Assembly (NCBI GenBank): GCA_963717465.1
Contig: OY970340.1
Span: forward strand, 2,720,001-2,784,000
Reading direction: 5' to 3'
DNA: 64,000 bases
Source: Candidatus Bathyarchaeota archaeon
Lineage (GTDB): Archaea; Thermoproteota; Bathyarchaeia; Bathyarchaeales; Bathycorpusculaceae
Position 1 is the stretch's first letter; every line of letters begins with the position of its first letter. This document shows positions 21,271-32,795 of this stretch, piece after piece. The translations under genes and the position numbers were made by a program. The notes under the pieces were generated by a model, which did not search any database, was not told the DNA's origin, and saw only the letters and a program-made list of their open reading frames with translations.

Positions 21271-22147
21271 ACGCAACGGATTAAACCGAAAAGAAGCATA
21301 AGAAGCAACAAAAAGGCAATAAGCCCAGCTATTTCAACCATTATACTAACTGCGGCAGTTATAGTCTATAATTCTTGTCGCGATGAGCTACGCAAACACT
21401 TTCTTAACGGTTCAAATAGCAGGAAACGAGTTCAGCACTAACACGCAGTTTATGCTTACAACGGGACTTCAAGTTGACGATATGGCATGGATTGCAGGTC
21501 AAACACAGACTGTTTATTACTCAAGCAATTATGGATCATTTACTAGCCAGTATGCATCGTTAAACTACACTTTTGAAGTCACCAGTGACGGTGTGCATTG
21601 GACTACAGTATGCAGCAACGTAACTTCAATGCTAATGTATCAAATGCCCATATCATATTACTCTGAGGGAAATAATTACTTTGAACGTCTGATACCCACA
21701 TCAAGCGGGTCTTTCCTGCAGCAAGGTGCTTCTGCGCCCGCGTACAATGTTTTCTGTATTGAAAACACATCTATGGCACAGGGAAATTATATTCAAACAG
21801 TTGTAGTTCCAACAATAAGAGTGATTGATTCCAGTATAACCAGCCAGCAAGAATCTACTAGTTACTTAAAGTTCTATTTACCGCTTCTTAATTCAAGCGA
21901 AAGTGATTATTATTCTAAGTCGTTAACGCTGACTGGAAATGGTATAACCCAATATACGGTTACAAATGCGACCGAGCTCGAGATTATTGTTCAATATCCT
22001 AATTTCTCTCAAGGATTTGGCAGTTCATTCTTTAATTTTAACTCATCTACAATATTCCTGAATAGCTCAACTTCTCCAAGCGTTTTTCCAAATTCAACTT
22101 TGGAAATTTACTTGGGACAAGTGATATTCAGCGTAGGACAGGTGTAG
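21271..22147 (+). CDS. Pilin-like protein with class III signal peptide (indel near 21367; start uncertain)
   Basis: Upstream frame reads RSNKKA/ISPAISTIILTAAVIV and joins the ORF starting at 21383. Confidence 0.7.
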
Positions 22148-22158
22148 GAGAACAAAAA

Positions 22159-22638
22159 ATGCAGACCTCAATTGAATATATGATTATGATTCCGCTGATG
22201 ATAATGCAAATCTTTCTTTTCCCGTATGAAGCCAGCGTTGTCATGGGCAGTTGGACTAATTCACAAGAAACTCTTCAACTTCAAGAAGTAAACAACTACA
22301 TGGGCAGTGCAATAACCCAGTTATATTCATCTTTAAATCACGGCACTATTAATGCAGGCACTGTAACAAGCAAGGTTGACGTGCCCGCTTACATAGATGG
22401 ATGTTCTTACAATGGAACAGCTTCGCTTATAACAGCAACAGGCGATTCATCGAATTCAAGCGAAATTTTAGATATTACCTTGATTCTTTGTGGAACAAAC
22501 ATTCAATCAGTAGTTTCAGTCACTTTAGGACAGAACGCCCAATGGGTAAATTCAACTTACATTAGTAACTCGAACAATGCACAAATAAACGCTACTAAAT
22601 TGACGGACGGAACAATAGCTTTTTCATTCATATCTTAG
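22159..22638 (+). CDS. Minor pilin-like protein
   Basis: QTSIEY plus N-terminal hydrophobic helix; S/T/N-rich ectodomain. Confidence 0.65.
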   Translation: MQTSIEYMIMIPLMIMQIFLFPYEASVVMGSWTNSQETLQLQEVNNYMGSAITQLYSSLNHGTINAGTVTSKVDVPAYIDGCSYNGTASLITATGDSSNSSEILDITLILCGTNIQSVVSVTLGQNAQWVNSTYISNSNNAQINATKLTDGTIAFSFIS

Positions 22639-22649
22639 GTGTAATTGAA

Positions 22650-23879
22650 ATGGTTAGCACAACAATTGATCATATGGTTGCGCTCATAATTTTCATAGCC
22701 GCTATTACGCTTTTCATAGGTCTATTCAATCAGACTATTCAAACGGCTGTAGTTTACCAAAATCATAGTGTAATTGCGAATGAAGCTAGCGATTTAATTG
22801 ACACTATACTTCTAAGTCCAGGAGCCCCTACAGATTGGGGTACTACAGCTAATACTCCAAGCAGTTTTGGAATTCAAGATCCAGAGTTCAGTCAGTACGC
22901 TGTAAGCCCATTTTCTCTAGCCCACCTGTATTCCTACTATGGGACGCCAATTTATTATGGTGAAGTTAACACGACAAGTGGAATGTATGACAACTTAACC
23001 ATGAATTCTGGAGGTTACTTTTTAATGCCCTACGAATCCTTAGTTACTTATTCCTCTGCAGAAGAATCGCTTGGAATCAGCAATTCATACGGATTCCAGC
23101 TTACTTTAACGCCGATTGTAACTATTGCGATTAATCAAATTCAAACAAACCCATTAACTTTTTCAGTCCAAGTTGAAGGCATAAGCTCAACAATTGCAAA
23201 CGCAACGGTAAATTACACTCTGCTAACGGTTTCATTGAACAATACAAGCAAAATTCCCCGTTACACTACTGAAAGCAACAGTACAGTTACCGATTCCACC
23301 GGATCAGCAATAATCACGTTTCCCGACATAACAAATTCTAACATAAGTTACGTGTTTTTAGCTTATGCCAGTCTAAGCGGCCTAAACGGCGTAGGTTATT
23401 ATGTTAACTCAATAAATAGTGCCCAGAGCGTAATTCCAATTGTTGGAAACATAGGTAATGGAACAATAATTTTAGCCAATAATCTGGATGTTAGCACCTA
23501 CGGCGGCTCAACGGTTGAAAATGATGCGGTTTCCTATAACACAACGCTTTTCGTTTTGACTGAAGATCATAATTTTAATCAACTCATACTCAATGATTCT
23601 GGAATTGTAGGTAATGGGTACAGTCAATATGGCCAAACTACGATTCCCTCCTTTGATCAAGCCATCTTGGTGACAGTTTATAACAGTTCAGCAACAGACA
23701 CGGGCATTTCAATAATGCCCTGGGGACTCGGGTCTTTAGGTTGCACTTTAACGTTTGGAGGGAACCCATCAAATGCGGAATGGGTTTCAACCGATATACG
23801 ACAGGTATTAGTAGGCGGAATCGCCTATCAAGCAAAACTTGCTGTATGGAGTTACACAGGAACTACGGTGATTGGCTAA
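22650..23879 (+). CDS. Minor pilin-like surface protein
   Basis: STTIDH plus hydrophobic helix, SPG.P.DWG...FGI motif, many NxS/T sequons. Confidence 0.65.
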   Translation: MVSTTIDHMVALIIFIAAITLFIGLFNQTIQTAVVYQNHSVIANEASDLIDTILLSPGAPTDWGTTANTPSSFGIQDPEFSQYAVSPFSLAHLYSYYGTPIYYGEVNTTSGMYDNLTMNSGGYFLMPYESLVTYSSAEESLGISNSYGFQLTLTPIVTIAINQIQTNPLTFSVQVEGISSTIANATVNYTLLTVSLNNTSKIPRYTTESNSTVTDSTGSAIITFPDITNSNISYVFLAYASLSGLNGVGYYVNSINSAQSVIPIVGNIGNGTIILANNLDVSTYGGSTVENDAVSYNTTLFVLTEDHNFNQLILNDSGIVGNGYSQYGQTTIPSFDQAILVTVYNSSATDTGISIMPWGLGSLGCTLTFGGNPSNAEWVSTDIRQVLVGGIAYQAKLAVWSYTGTTVIG

Positions 23880-25183
23880 TGATGCGCACTATTGAAGTTT
23901 TAATCGCGATAATAATCATCACTGGAGCCTTCATCGCCGTTTCAACTTACGTTGTTTTGCCAAAACCAGGAGTAGTTTCACCCATGAACTTAGATCGTCT
24001 CTCACTGACAACCCTGCAACTGTTGGACAATGAATATAACTTGAGTGCAGCAGCATTTGACCCAACGAATAATGTTTTATGGAGTAATCTGCAAACATCT
24101 CTTTCCGCTTCGCTGCCAGCTGATGTAATTTACAACTTAACTGTCTATGATGTCAATAGCACTGGGGAATCTGGGTTATACAATACTGTGTATAGTATTT
24201 CTAACGCTGAAAGCGTGGGAACAGCCTCTGGGGTATCATCATATATGGTTGCTTCCTCAAATGTTACATTTAATGTTACACCACAAAAAATAGGCGAAAG
24301 CAGTGGTGGAGGAACATTGTACATTTTAAATTGCAGTGATGCTAACGGTTGGTGGATTAGCGGTTACACCTCGTACAGTTTAGCTCAAAACTTGTATCAA
24401 ATGCTCTCGCCTTATTTTGTCAATACAGTAATGGTTCAAAACACAAGTCAATTAGAATCTATACTTCACGGAGTTTCTTTGCAGGGAGAAACCGTTCAGA
24501 ATGCGGTTATCATTAATACTTGCGGAGAAGCAGTACCTATACCCGCGGATTACTGCAATTCAACTTACTCGACTAATTCATATGCTTACTACAGTTATTA
24601 TCTTGGTCAAAGAGTAAACATATATAATTGGACTTGGTGCAGCATAGTTGGTTACCCGTTCTACTACGTAAGCAACACAGTGGCTCTATCAAGCACTCAA
24701 AGTTGGGGCATCTATGGAACAGAAATGACTGGCCAAGGGGGCATAAATGCTTTCCTTGAAGGGCTAGATAATCAAACGTACGTGTCAAATACAAACGGAC
24801 TTGTAGGTACGTGCAGTTCGACGCTTACAACTGTCGCATTAACGGCATGCAATTACTATGGCATATATCCCTCAGCAACTCAGACATTTACAAGAGCATT
24901 ATCCAACTCGATACTTCAAAGCTACGACCTTTCAATTGGATTGAACATTTCCTACCCAGTAGGATCCTATGACCCTGGAACATTGTATAATCATATTCCA
25001 AAAGGAGGAACAGCGGTCAGTGGAAACTTTTTAGCATTAGGTTTAGACCGTACGCCTGATGTTCGAATTACAGCCATAAGTCTTCTCTCGTACTATTCAC
25101 CAAGATTGTACAATTCAGAATACACGGCAGCTGGAACGTCTAGAGAAGTTGTTTTACAATTAGGTTTAGTAGGAGAAGACTAA
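23879..25183 (+). CDS. Minor pilin-like surface protein
   Basis: MMRTIEVLIAIIII N-terminus (acidic residue then TM helix); TAATG coupling to the upstream gene. Confidence 0.65.
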   Translation: MMRTIEVLIAIIIITGAFIAVSTYVVLPKPGVVSPMNLDRLSLTTLQLLDNEYNLSAAAFDPTNNVLWSNLQTSLSASLPADVIYNLTVYDVNSTGESGLYNTVYSISNAESVGTASGVSSYMVASSNVTFNVTPQKIGESSGGGTLYILNCSDANGWWISGYTSYSLAQNLYQMLSPYFVNTVMVQNTSQLESILHGVSLQGETVQNAVIINTCGEAVPIPADYCNSTYSTNSYAYYSYYLGQRVNIYNWTWCSIVGYPFYYVSNTVALSSTQSWGIYGTEMTGQGGINAFLEGLDNQTYVSNTNGLVGTCSSTLTTVALTACNYYGIYPSATQTFTRALSNSILQSYDLSIGLNISYPVGSYDPGTLYNHIPKGGTAVSGNFLALGLDRTPDVRITAISLLSYYSPRLYNSEYTAAGTSREVVLQLGLVGED

Positions 25184-25184
25184 A

Positions 25185-28100
25185 ATGAAAAACATAAGAA
25201 ACTGGAAATTGTTAACGAACAAGAAAGGTCAATTTACAATTATGGCTGCAGTACTAGTTGCCATTGTTCTTGTAGCCGCAGTTATGAGTGCATATTCTGC
25301 TATTCAATATAACCAACTTACAAGTAATCCAAAAACTCAAAGCGCAATTGATGAAATTAACTTATCCTTAAAGAATATTTTAGGATTCACGGTTGGTTAC
25401 TATGGTTCAATCTTACAAGTAACTGGAAACACGTCATACGCAAACACATTAGCCTACAATTACGTTAATAGCGGTTTGGAAAACACCGCTGATCTAAACC
25501 CTAATTGGGGTCCGTCATTTAATGTCACCAGTTTGGATTTAACAACTAACTGGTTTACAAACTCAAGTTACAGTTCTGGAAATTTCACAATTGAGTATGA
25601 CTTAACAGGATTAGGCGTTTACGGATTGACTTATTCAACTTCAAGCCAATTAGCTGTTAATGTTCTGCAGTCACCAAATGTTAACCAGGCCTGTGTAAGC
25701 GTAACTCAAGATGGAACTGAACCGCTAACAGATTTAGGTTTGACTAGCTTCAAATTTTACGAATACTTATACTCGAATTCAACTTGGGAATTTGAGTATC
25801 CAAGTGAAGAACCAATAGCTTATGCCAACGGAACATACCTGCTTGATATTCCTTCAAATCTAAAGCCTACAGCCTACATATTAAGTGTTGAAGACAATCG
25901 AGGCATCATGGTTGTTGCCTCATCATTTAGTAAATACGTATCAACTTTAACATGGAACAGCACTTCCGCTAATAACGGCTTTTATTACGTAGATAGCAAT
26001 AATCCGATAACAGGCACTGACTCAAATTTTACAGCGCAACAAAGCATAAGTTCCAATTATGACACGTTAACTGAAGCGTTAAATGGAACATCAACAATTC
26101 AATATTTCCCAACCAATTGGAATACGCTCGGCTCAACAAATTATATTTCTGGTAGCTTGCAGAATCTTCAGAGTGTTGATGGTAACTGCCTAGTACTGCA
26201 GAGTTACCCATCATCTTTCAGTTCATCATACAACACTATAAGTTTTGACAGCCAAAACAGCACCTCTGCCACGTCTGGAAGCGCCTTATCGTGGTTGCAT
26301 ACAACTGGCACCGGCAACAATAGGATTTTACTTGTGTCGGTTGATATCTACAGATCATCAGGAACCCCAGCAACAGTTTCAAATGTAACTTATGGTGGAG
26401 TAACGCTAACCCTAGTAAAAACTGCAACTTACTCAAGTAACCCACAAATCAATAGTTATGTTTACATGCTTGTTGGTCCAGCTTCTGGTACGAAAACAAT
26501 TACCGTTACTCTCTCATCCACATCTTTCACAGGAATAATCGGCGGCTCTGTAACATACAGTAATGTTAATCAAACAAGCCCTGTTATTGTAAGCAATACA
26601 AATACGGGTTCAAGCTTGAGCCAATCAGTAGGTGTTACTTCACCTGGTTCCTATGGATTGCTTTATGGTCATGTAGCAACTTATACTACAAGCTCGTATA
26701 CGCTTAGTGACACGTCTGGGCAGACGAATCGTTGGTCTCAAACTTCACAACAATATAAGAGTAAAGCAAGTGACAAGTCAGCAACTACTGGTTCAGTTTC
26801 CACTTCATGGACCACTACACTATCAACTCACTGGACAGCGATAGCTGTACTTCTTCAACCAACGAAAGTTGCAACCGCTTACACGTGTTCAGCAGTGTTT
26901 ACCGGCACAGCAGACACCTACAATTGGAACAATTTAGTCTGGAGCTTGAACAGCGCAAGCTCAACCAGCGGCACAAGCATAACCTACCAACTATATAATT
27001 ACCAGACATCGCAATATGCAACTTCAGGAAATGGCTATTTATCAGGAACTATCGGAACAGCGGGAACAACACTAAGCCAAACGATAACCTCGAACCCAAC
27101 TAATTTTAGAAGTAGTTCAGGAAACTGGCAAATTATGGTGACAGCAACCTTGGCTTCTTCGACACAATTTAATCTGCTAATTGATATGATAAATTATTGT
27201 TCAAACATTAATAATTATGATTTGGGTATACAAGAGCAGTGGAATAATGTTAATGCCACTAACCTACGGCAAGACCTGTGTATAGACACGGGCAATCTAG
27301 CTTCAGAAAGCTTGATGGTTGATGTATTCTATGGCAATTCCTGGGTTAATTTGCTAACATTATCACCGAATAGCTGGAATAACGTATCACTTTCATCTTA
27401 CATTACTTCTTCAACTTTGCTTATTCGGTTTAGAAACGGCAACAGCAGCGTGGTAAATCCAGTACAGAGTAGCTGGAATATTGGTGCGGTTTTACTTAAG
27501 AATGAGCCGGATATCAGCTTTTTAGCTGGTTTGCAAGATTCTACTTTTACGTTGGAGGTTTTGCAAAACGGTACTATGGTTTGGCTTGGACAACAACTTC
27601 AAGCATCAACTACGGGTATGCCGATTCCACCTATAGCAGTGAAGGCGTTACATGTTAATATGACTATAAACGGTGTGAACGAGGAAGTGCCTTTCCAAGT
27701 TGAAGATTGGGCATCGAATTACCAAGTTCCGTTAGGATTAACAAACAACGCTACAGTGTTTAGTAATAGCCAAATGATCGTTTTCCTCTTAAACAAAAAT
27801 GTCACCGACTTTACCATATGGTGGAATGGAAGCGACCAAGCAGTCCAAACACCCTACGCTTATACCTCCACCTATTTTGCAAATGATAATCCATCCGGGT
27901 CAACTATTTCTAATGGAGAAATAACTTTGACGCTCCCATCCTTGGGTGTAACAGCTACGGTTGTTGGCACAAGCACTTCAAGTACAGCAACTTTTATGAA
28001 CATAAATCAAAATGCAAGCGAAAACGGTGCAGGTACACCTTCCTACACAATTACTAATGGCGTAGTAAGGGATATTATTCAAGAGGAAGCAGAATGGAGT

Positions 28101-28706
28101 GAAGGCCCAGGTGTAGTCGGCTGTCCAAACGTTTACTCAGATATAATAATAACGTTGCCAGCAAACGTTACGTATTATACGTATCAGTTGAGGTTAATGT
28201 TTGTTAATTCGGCTGAAGCAAGAACAATCACGAATCTTTGCCCAATTAGTCTAACAACGTCAGTTTCAACTCAAGTGCAAACTGAAAACGGAACATTAGA
28301 CGGTTTTCCAATAATTCAAAATGGGACAGGATCATTCGGGAATATTACAGCCGGCAGTTGGACAGCACACCATTGGAGCCAACTAATCTCAAGTAATGGC
28401 ACACAAGGAGCTGGCATAATGTTCACGGATAGCGCTAACCAGAATCTTTATGCCTTCAACTCCATAGCAAACGGCAATACTGGAGCATTAGATGCTGCAA
28501 GTACCAGCGTTATCGAACTGTTACCTGTTAGCTCAACCAGCGCATCAGCAAGCTTCCAGTATCCTTTAGATATAACGTGGAATGGCGCTGTTGCAACATT
28601 TAACGATTCAACGCCTATCTGCAATTTGGAAGGTGGAACAACACCATCTGGGCTGTGGATACTGGTTGAATATCCGCCTACAATAACGCAAACCGCAGTG
28701 AGCTAG
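25185..28706 (+). CDS. Large (1173 aa) pilin-like/adhesin protein with class III signal peptide
   Basis: NKKG/QFTIMAAVLVAIVLVAAV cleavage motif; S/T/N-rich beta-strand ectodomain. Confidence 0.75.
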   Translation: MKNIRNWKLLTNKKGQFTIMAAVLVAIVLVAAVMSAYSAIQYNQLTSNPKTQSAIDEINLSLKNILGFTVGYYGSILQVTGNTSYANTLAYNYVNSGLENTADLNPNWGPSFNVTSLDLTTNWFTNSSYSSGNFTIEYDLTGLGVYGLTYSTSSQLAVNVLQSPNVNQACVSVTQDGTEPLTDLGLTSFKFYEYLYSNSTWEFEYPSEEPIAYANGTYLLDIPSNLKPTAYILSVEDNRGIMVVASSFSKYVSTLTWNSTSANNGFYYVDSNNPITGTDSNFTAQQSISSNYDTLTEALNGTSTIQYFPTNWNTLGSTNYISGSLQNLQSVDGNCLVLQSYPSSFSSSYNTISFDSQNSTSATSGSALSWLHTTGTGNNRILLVSVDIYRSSGTPATVSNVTYGGVTLTLVKTATYSSNPQINSYVYMLVGPASGTKTITVTLSSTSFTGIIGGSVTYSNVNQTSPVIVSNTNTGSSLSQSVGVTSPGSYGLLYGHVATYTTSSYTLSDTSGQTNRWSQTSQQYKSKASDKSATTGSVSTSWTTTLSTHWTAIAVLLQPTKVATAYTCSAVFTGTADTYNWNNLVWSLNSASSTSGTSITYQLYNYQTSQYATSGNGYLSGTIGTAGTTLSQTITSNPTNFRSSSGNWQIMVTATLASSTQFNLLIDMINYCSNINNYDLGIQEQWNNVNATNLRQDLCIDTGNLASESLMVDVFYGNSWVNLLTLSPNSWNNVSLSSYITSSTLLIRFRNGNSSVVNPVQSSWNIGAVLLKNEPDISFLAGLQDSTFTLEVLQNGTMVWLGQQLQASTTGMPIPPIAVKALHVNMTINGVNEEVPFQVEDWASNYQVPLGLTNNATVFSNSQMIVFLLNKNVTDFTIWWNGSDQAVQTPYAYTSTYFANDNPSGSTISNGEITLTLPSLGVTATVVGTSTSSTATFMNINQNASENGAGTPSYTITNGVVRDIIQEEAEWSEGPGVVGCPNVYSDIIITLPANVTYYTYQLRLMFVNSAEARTITNLCPISLTTSVSTQVQTENGTLDGFPIIQNGTGSFGNITAGSWTAHHWSQLISSNGTQGAGIMFTDSANQNLYAFNSIANGNTGALDAASTSVIELLPVSSTSASASFQYPLDITWNGAVATFNDSTPICNLEGGTTPSGLWILVEYPPTITQTAVS

Positions 28707-28798
28707 CCTGCATCAATTATGTGATAGATTTGAAATAAATATTCAGTATTCATACGAGTTATATGAAGACAAACAATCTAAATAAGATTGAAGGAAGA

Positions 28799-29236
28799 AT
28801 GAACTATAACTTCGAAAGAGTCAAAAGCTTAGGCTCTAAAAAGGCAATTTCATCGATCTTCATGGTACTGCTATTAATAATTGTTGCAGTCGGAACGGTA
28901 GTTTTGACTTACGCTTTAACAATCAAGATCGCACCTAGCACTGACGAAGTTATCCTTTACAAAGTAAAAGTCACCTTTAATGATGGTGACGCGATAACAG
29001 TTTATATTGGAAACAATGGAATAACCGATACTGAGATAATCCAAGTGTGCTTAGGAGAATCCGCCTCAACTATGCAAAACCAAACAAGTAATCCAGTAAC
29101 GCCTTTCCCAGTTAATACTGGAGCTACCACAAGCTTTGATATTCCGTATAGTTGGTCTTCCGGACAAGTTTACTACTTTGAGATAGTGCCAGCTTCAGGA
29201 ACGCCGTTAGACTTTTCTGAGCAAGCACCACAATAA
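28799..29236 (+). CDS. Archaeal type IV pilin
   Basis: SKKA/ISSIFMVLLLIIVAV class III signal; YIGNNG...Y.F.IV..SG beta-sandwich pattern. Confidence 0.8.
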   Translation: MNYNFERVKSLGSKKAISSIFMVLLLIIVAVGTVVLTYALTIKIAPSTDEVILYKVKVTFNDGDAITVYIGNNGITDTEIIQVCLGESASTMQNQTSNPVTPFPVNTGATTSFDIPYSWSSGQVYYFEIVPASGTPLDFSEQAPQ

Positions 29237-29304
29237 AGGAAGTCAATTAAAAAAATCGCATACCTGTGTAAATACAATCTTCAAAATAGAGGAAGGGAAC
29301 AAAT

Positions 29305-30129
29305 ATGTCAGTTGAACAATCAATCATCATCGATATAGCAAAAGTGGCTATTTCAATTATTTTTCTGCTTTATGCTTCTTGGAGCGACTACAAGACAAGA
29401 GAAGTAAGCAACAAAGTCTGGGCTGTTTATGCGCCTATCGCGCTGGGACTTACACTTATCCAATTATTGTTCTATGAACAATCTGCTTGGCCCTTTTTTG
29501 GCTTAAGCGTCGGTTTAACAGTTACTTTCTCGCTACTCTTGTTTTATACAGGTGCTTTCGGCGGCGCAGACGCAAAAGCCTTCATGTGCATTGCCCTCGC
29601 ATTACCATTTTCACCGCAAATACTCTTTACGCCTCTAATCCCAAGCGGATTATCGCCGATAGCTAATCTAATATTCCCCTTCACTATCTTAACAAACGCT
29701 GTCGTATTCGCAGCTGCAAGCGCAATCTACATCATCGTACGAAACATCGTTTGGCACAAAAAAAGTGGTAGAATAATGTTTGAAGGCGACCTTAAAAAAG
29801 AATCGTTTGGGAAAAAAATCTTAATCTTAGTAACTGGCTACAAAATTCGAATTTCTAAATTGAAGGAAAAATGGCACATTTTCCCACTGGAAGACGTGGA
29901 AGAAAACGGTGATAACAGTTTCAAACGCAAACTCGTGATTGTCCCAAAAGACGAAGGGCGAGAAGAAACTGTTCAGCGCTTATCTAACGCCATTGACACT
30001 GGAAAAATCAAAGACTACGTTTGGGCTACACCTGGCTTACCCATGCTTATCTTCGTTACGTTAGGCTTAATTTTTGCGCTGTTTTTTGGAGACATAGTCT
30101 GGATAATTCTAAAGCTAATATTAGGTTAA
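29305..30129 (+). CDS. Prepilin/prearchaellin peptidase (A24 family, PibD/FlaK-like)
   Basis: YASWSDYKTREV, FGGADAKA, VWATPGLPMLIF. Confidence 0.92.
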   Translation: MSVEQSIIIDIAKVAISIIFLLYASWSDYKTREVSNKVWAVYAPIALGLTLIQLLFYEQSAWPFFGLSVGLTVTFSLLLFYTGAFGGADAKAFMCIALALPFSPQILFTPLIPSGLSPIANLIFPFTILTNAVVFAAASAIYIIVRNIVWHKKSGRIMFEGDLKKESFGKKILILVTGYKIRISKLKEKWHIFPLEDVEENGDNSFKRKLVIVPKDEGREETVQRLSNAIDTGKIKDYVWATPGLPMLIFVTLGLIFALFFGDIVWIILKLILG

Positions 30130-30277
30130 AGACGCATCCAACCAGTTTTTGAATGCTCTCTCTACTTCTGCGAGCCCATGAAACTGATGTAACAACCGTT
30201 CGAGCTGAGCCTTTTCTTGTTTTGTGAATCAAAACATTATTTTAGTTTTTTTGCAGTTAATCTAAAGGAGTCTTCTA

Positions 30278-31365
30278 ATGTCTTTGGCGAGATGTAGAAA
30301 AGAACTAAAAGAGTGTTTAGCAGAAAAATCCTTAAAAGATTTTAGTGCCGTCGTTATGCCTGATTTCTTTTTGGATCGACTAATAAACTTGCAGTGGAAC
30401 GTGAAGGATTTTTCAAGTTTAGTTGCCGACGTAGCTAAACGCAAAGGCGGAAGCATTGATGGCATACATCAAGACGACATCAAAGGAGGAAACGCTATTA
30501 ACGTTGCATCCGCGTTGATCCTCATTAGGTTTCAGGGTTACGCCTATAATTTGCACAAGTGAGCATGGATTACAACTGATAAAGTTTCATTTTAGAAACT
30601 GGTCACTAGACATGTCGCACATTAAAATCCGTGAAAAAGCATCAATAACTACAGCTTTGGAACTTCAAGAAAAAGATGGAAAAGCAAATGTTATGCTAAG
30701 GGATGTTGGTTCTCTTGCAGATTTTGGCCCCGAAGATTTGGATGATCAAGACTTTAGCGTTATAGAGAATTCGGATTATGTTTGCCTTTTTAATTGGGCG
30801 GGAACAGTTAATTTTGGAACCAAGCTGGCCGAAACCGTTTTTAGCAGGGCAAAGAGCGAAAGGAAGAGGAAAAACTTATTTTGACACTGCTGATCCCACG
30901 CCGAATCGGAAGCAAATCCCAGAATTAATAGAAAACGTGTTGAAAACAGATCAAGTGGACATTTTAAGTTTAAATGAGAATGAGGCTGTTACATACGCTT
31001 CGATCCTTGACAAGTCAATAATCAGTGCACAAAAGAGATTGCCATTTGCTGATTTAGCGATGAATGCTGCCAGAGTTTTAGCTAAACGGTTACCTGCAAG
31101 AATTGACTTGCATACGACTGCCTTTTCAGCGACTCTAATGGGCAAAAAAGAAACTGTGGTGCCCACATTTAAAATTACAACGTTAAGAGCTACTGGAGCA
31201 GGTGACGCCTGGAACGCAGGCAACATTTTAGGTGATGCAAACAAGTTTTCAGACGAGAGCAGGTTGACTTTGGCAAATGCGGTTTCTGCCTGCTACCTTT
31301 CAGACCAAACTGGATCGCATCCGACGAGAACTAAACTCTTAGAATTTATAAATAACCAGACATAA
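30278..31365 (+). CDS. PfkB-family carbohydrate kinase (two indels)
   Basis: GGNAIN.A, YFDTADP, LSLNENEA, RATGAGDAWNAG across three consecutive ORFs. Confidence 0.85.
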
Positions 31366-31432
31366 ACACTTTAAGCGCACTATCAGATTAACAAGCAGTT
31401 AAAAGGTAACACCTTACTGCACGTGATGTTTG

Positions 31433-32795
31433 ATGGCTAAACTATTTGGAAGTTCAGGAGTTAGAGGCTTAGCAAACGTTGATTTAACACCTACGTTGGC
31501 TCTCAAAGTCAGTTTAGCCGTAGCGGCACACACAAAAGCCAAACGGGCCATTATTGCGCGAGATACGCGTGTTTCAGGCAACATGATTGAAGATTCGCTG
31601 ATTACAGGACTAGTTTCAAGTGGAGTAAACGTGTTTTTGGCGGGAATTGTTCCAACGCCAGTTCTAGCTTATGCCACAAAAGCATTCCGCGTTAAAGTAG
31701 GCTTCATGATAACTGCATCCCACAATCCGCCCCAGTACAACGGAATAAAACTCTTCAATGGCAAGAGTCTCGCTTACAACGATAAGGATCAAGAATCAAT
31801 TGAAAAAAACATCACTCAAGCAAACTTTTCCTTGGCGGATTGGCGATGTTTAGGTAAAACTCTAAACATAAACGTAGATAAGGCTTACACGGAAATGGCT
31901 CTAAAAGCAGCGGCTCTGCGAAAGCAATGGAAAGTCGTAGTGGATCCAGGATGCGGAGCCACATTTAGAATCGCCCCAAACCTGCTAAAATCTGCCGGCT
32001 GCAAAGTTACAGCTCTTAATGCCCAAGCAGACGGGTACTTCCCAGCCCGAAGCTCTGAGCCGACTGAGGAATCACTTGGAGATTTAGCAAAAGTTGTCTA
32101 AGATTCTTGATGCGGACGTTGGAGTAGCATTTGATGGGGATGGGGATCGTGTTGCATTTGTGGATGAACATGGCGTTTTTGTTAATTTTGACCGATCACT
32201 TGCAGCGTATGCTGCCTATGCACTTAAAGGGAAAAAGGGTGGAAAAGTAGTTACCAACGTCGAGGCCTCAATGTGCGTCGAGAAAATGGTTGAACAACAA
32301 GACGGCAAAGTGGTGCGAACAAAAGTTGGAGACATCTACATTTCAGAAGCCATAAAACAAACAGGCGCAGTTTTCGGTGGAGAACCATGCGGAGCCTGGG
32401 TGCATCCAAAGCATCATTATTGTCCAGATGGCCCGCTTTCTGCCCTGTTGCTCTTGAAGGCGCTTGAGACTGAAGACAAAAGCTTGAGTGAGTTCATCAA
32501 GAACGTACCTGAATACAGCACGGTAAGAAAGAATGTCTCTTGCAAGAATGAGTCAAAGTACAAGATAGTTTCAGGGATTGAAGCAGGCTTAAAAAAGGCA
32601 TTTCCTGATTATACTGATTATTCAACGGTTGACGGTGTACGGTTAGCTTTAAAGAACGGTTGGCTACTCGTTAGAGCATCAGGAACTGAACCTTTAATTC
32701 GTTTAACAGTTGAAGGAGAATCGCTCAGAGTGGCAAACGATATAATTAGAGAAGCCACAGTTCTAATAGACAAATGCATAAAGGATGCAGCATGA
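31433..32795 (+). CDS. glmM: Phosphoglucosamine/phosphohexose mutase (indel near 32098)
   Basis: LFGSSGVRG, ITASHNP, FDGDGDR, GGEPCG, RASGTEP. Confidence 0.85.

Noticed and set aside
17921..30129. Archaellum operon
   Set aside because: No archaellin, ArlF/G or ArlH-like genes recognised; the composition fits a pilus.
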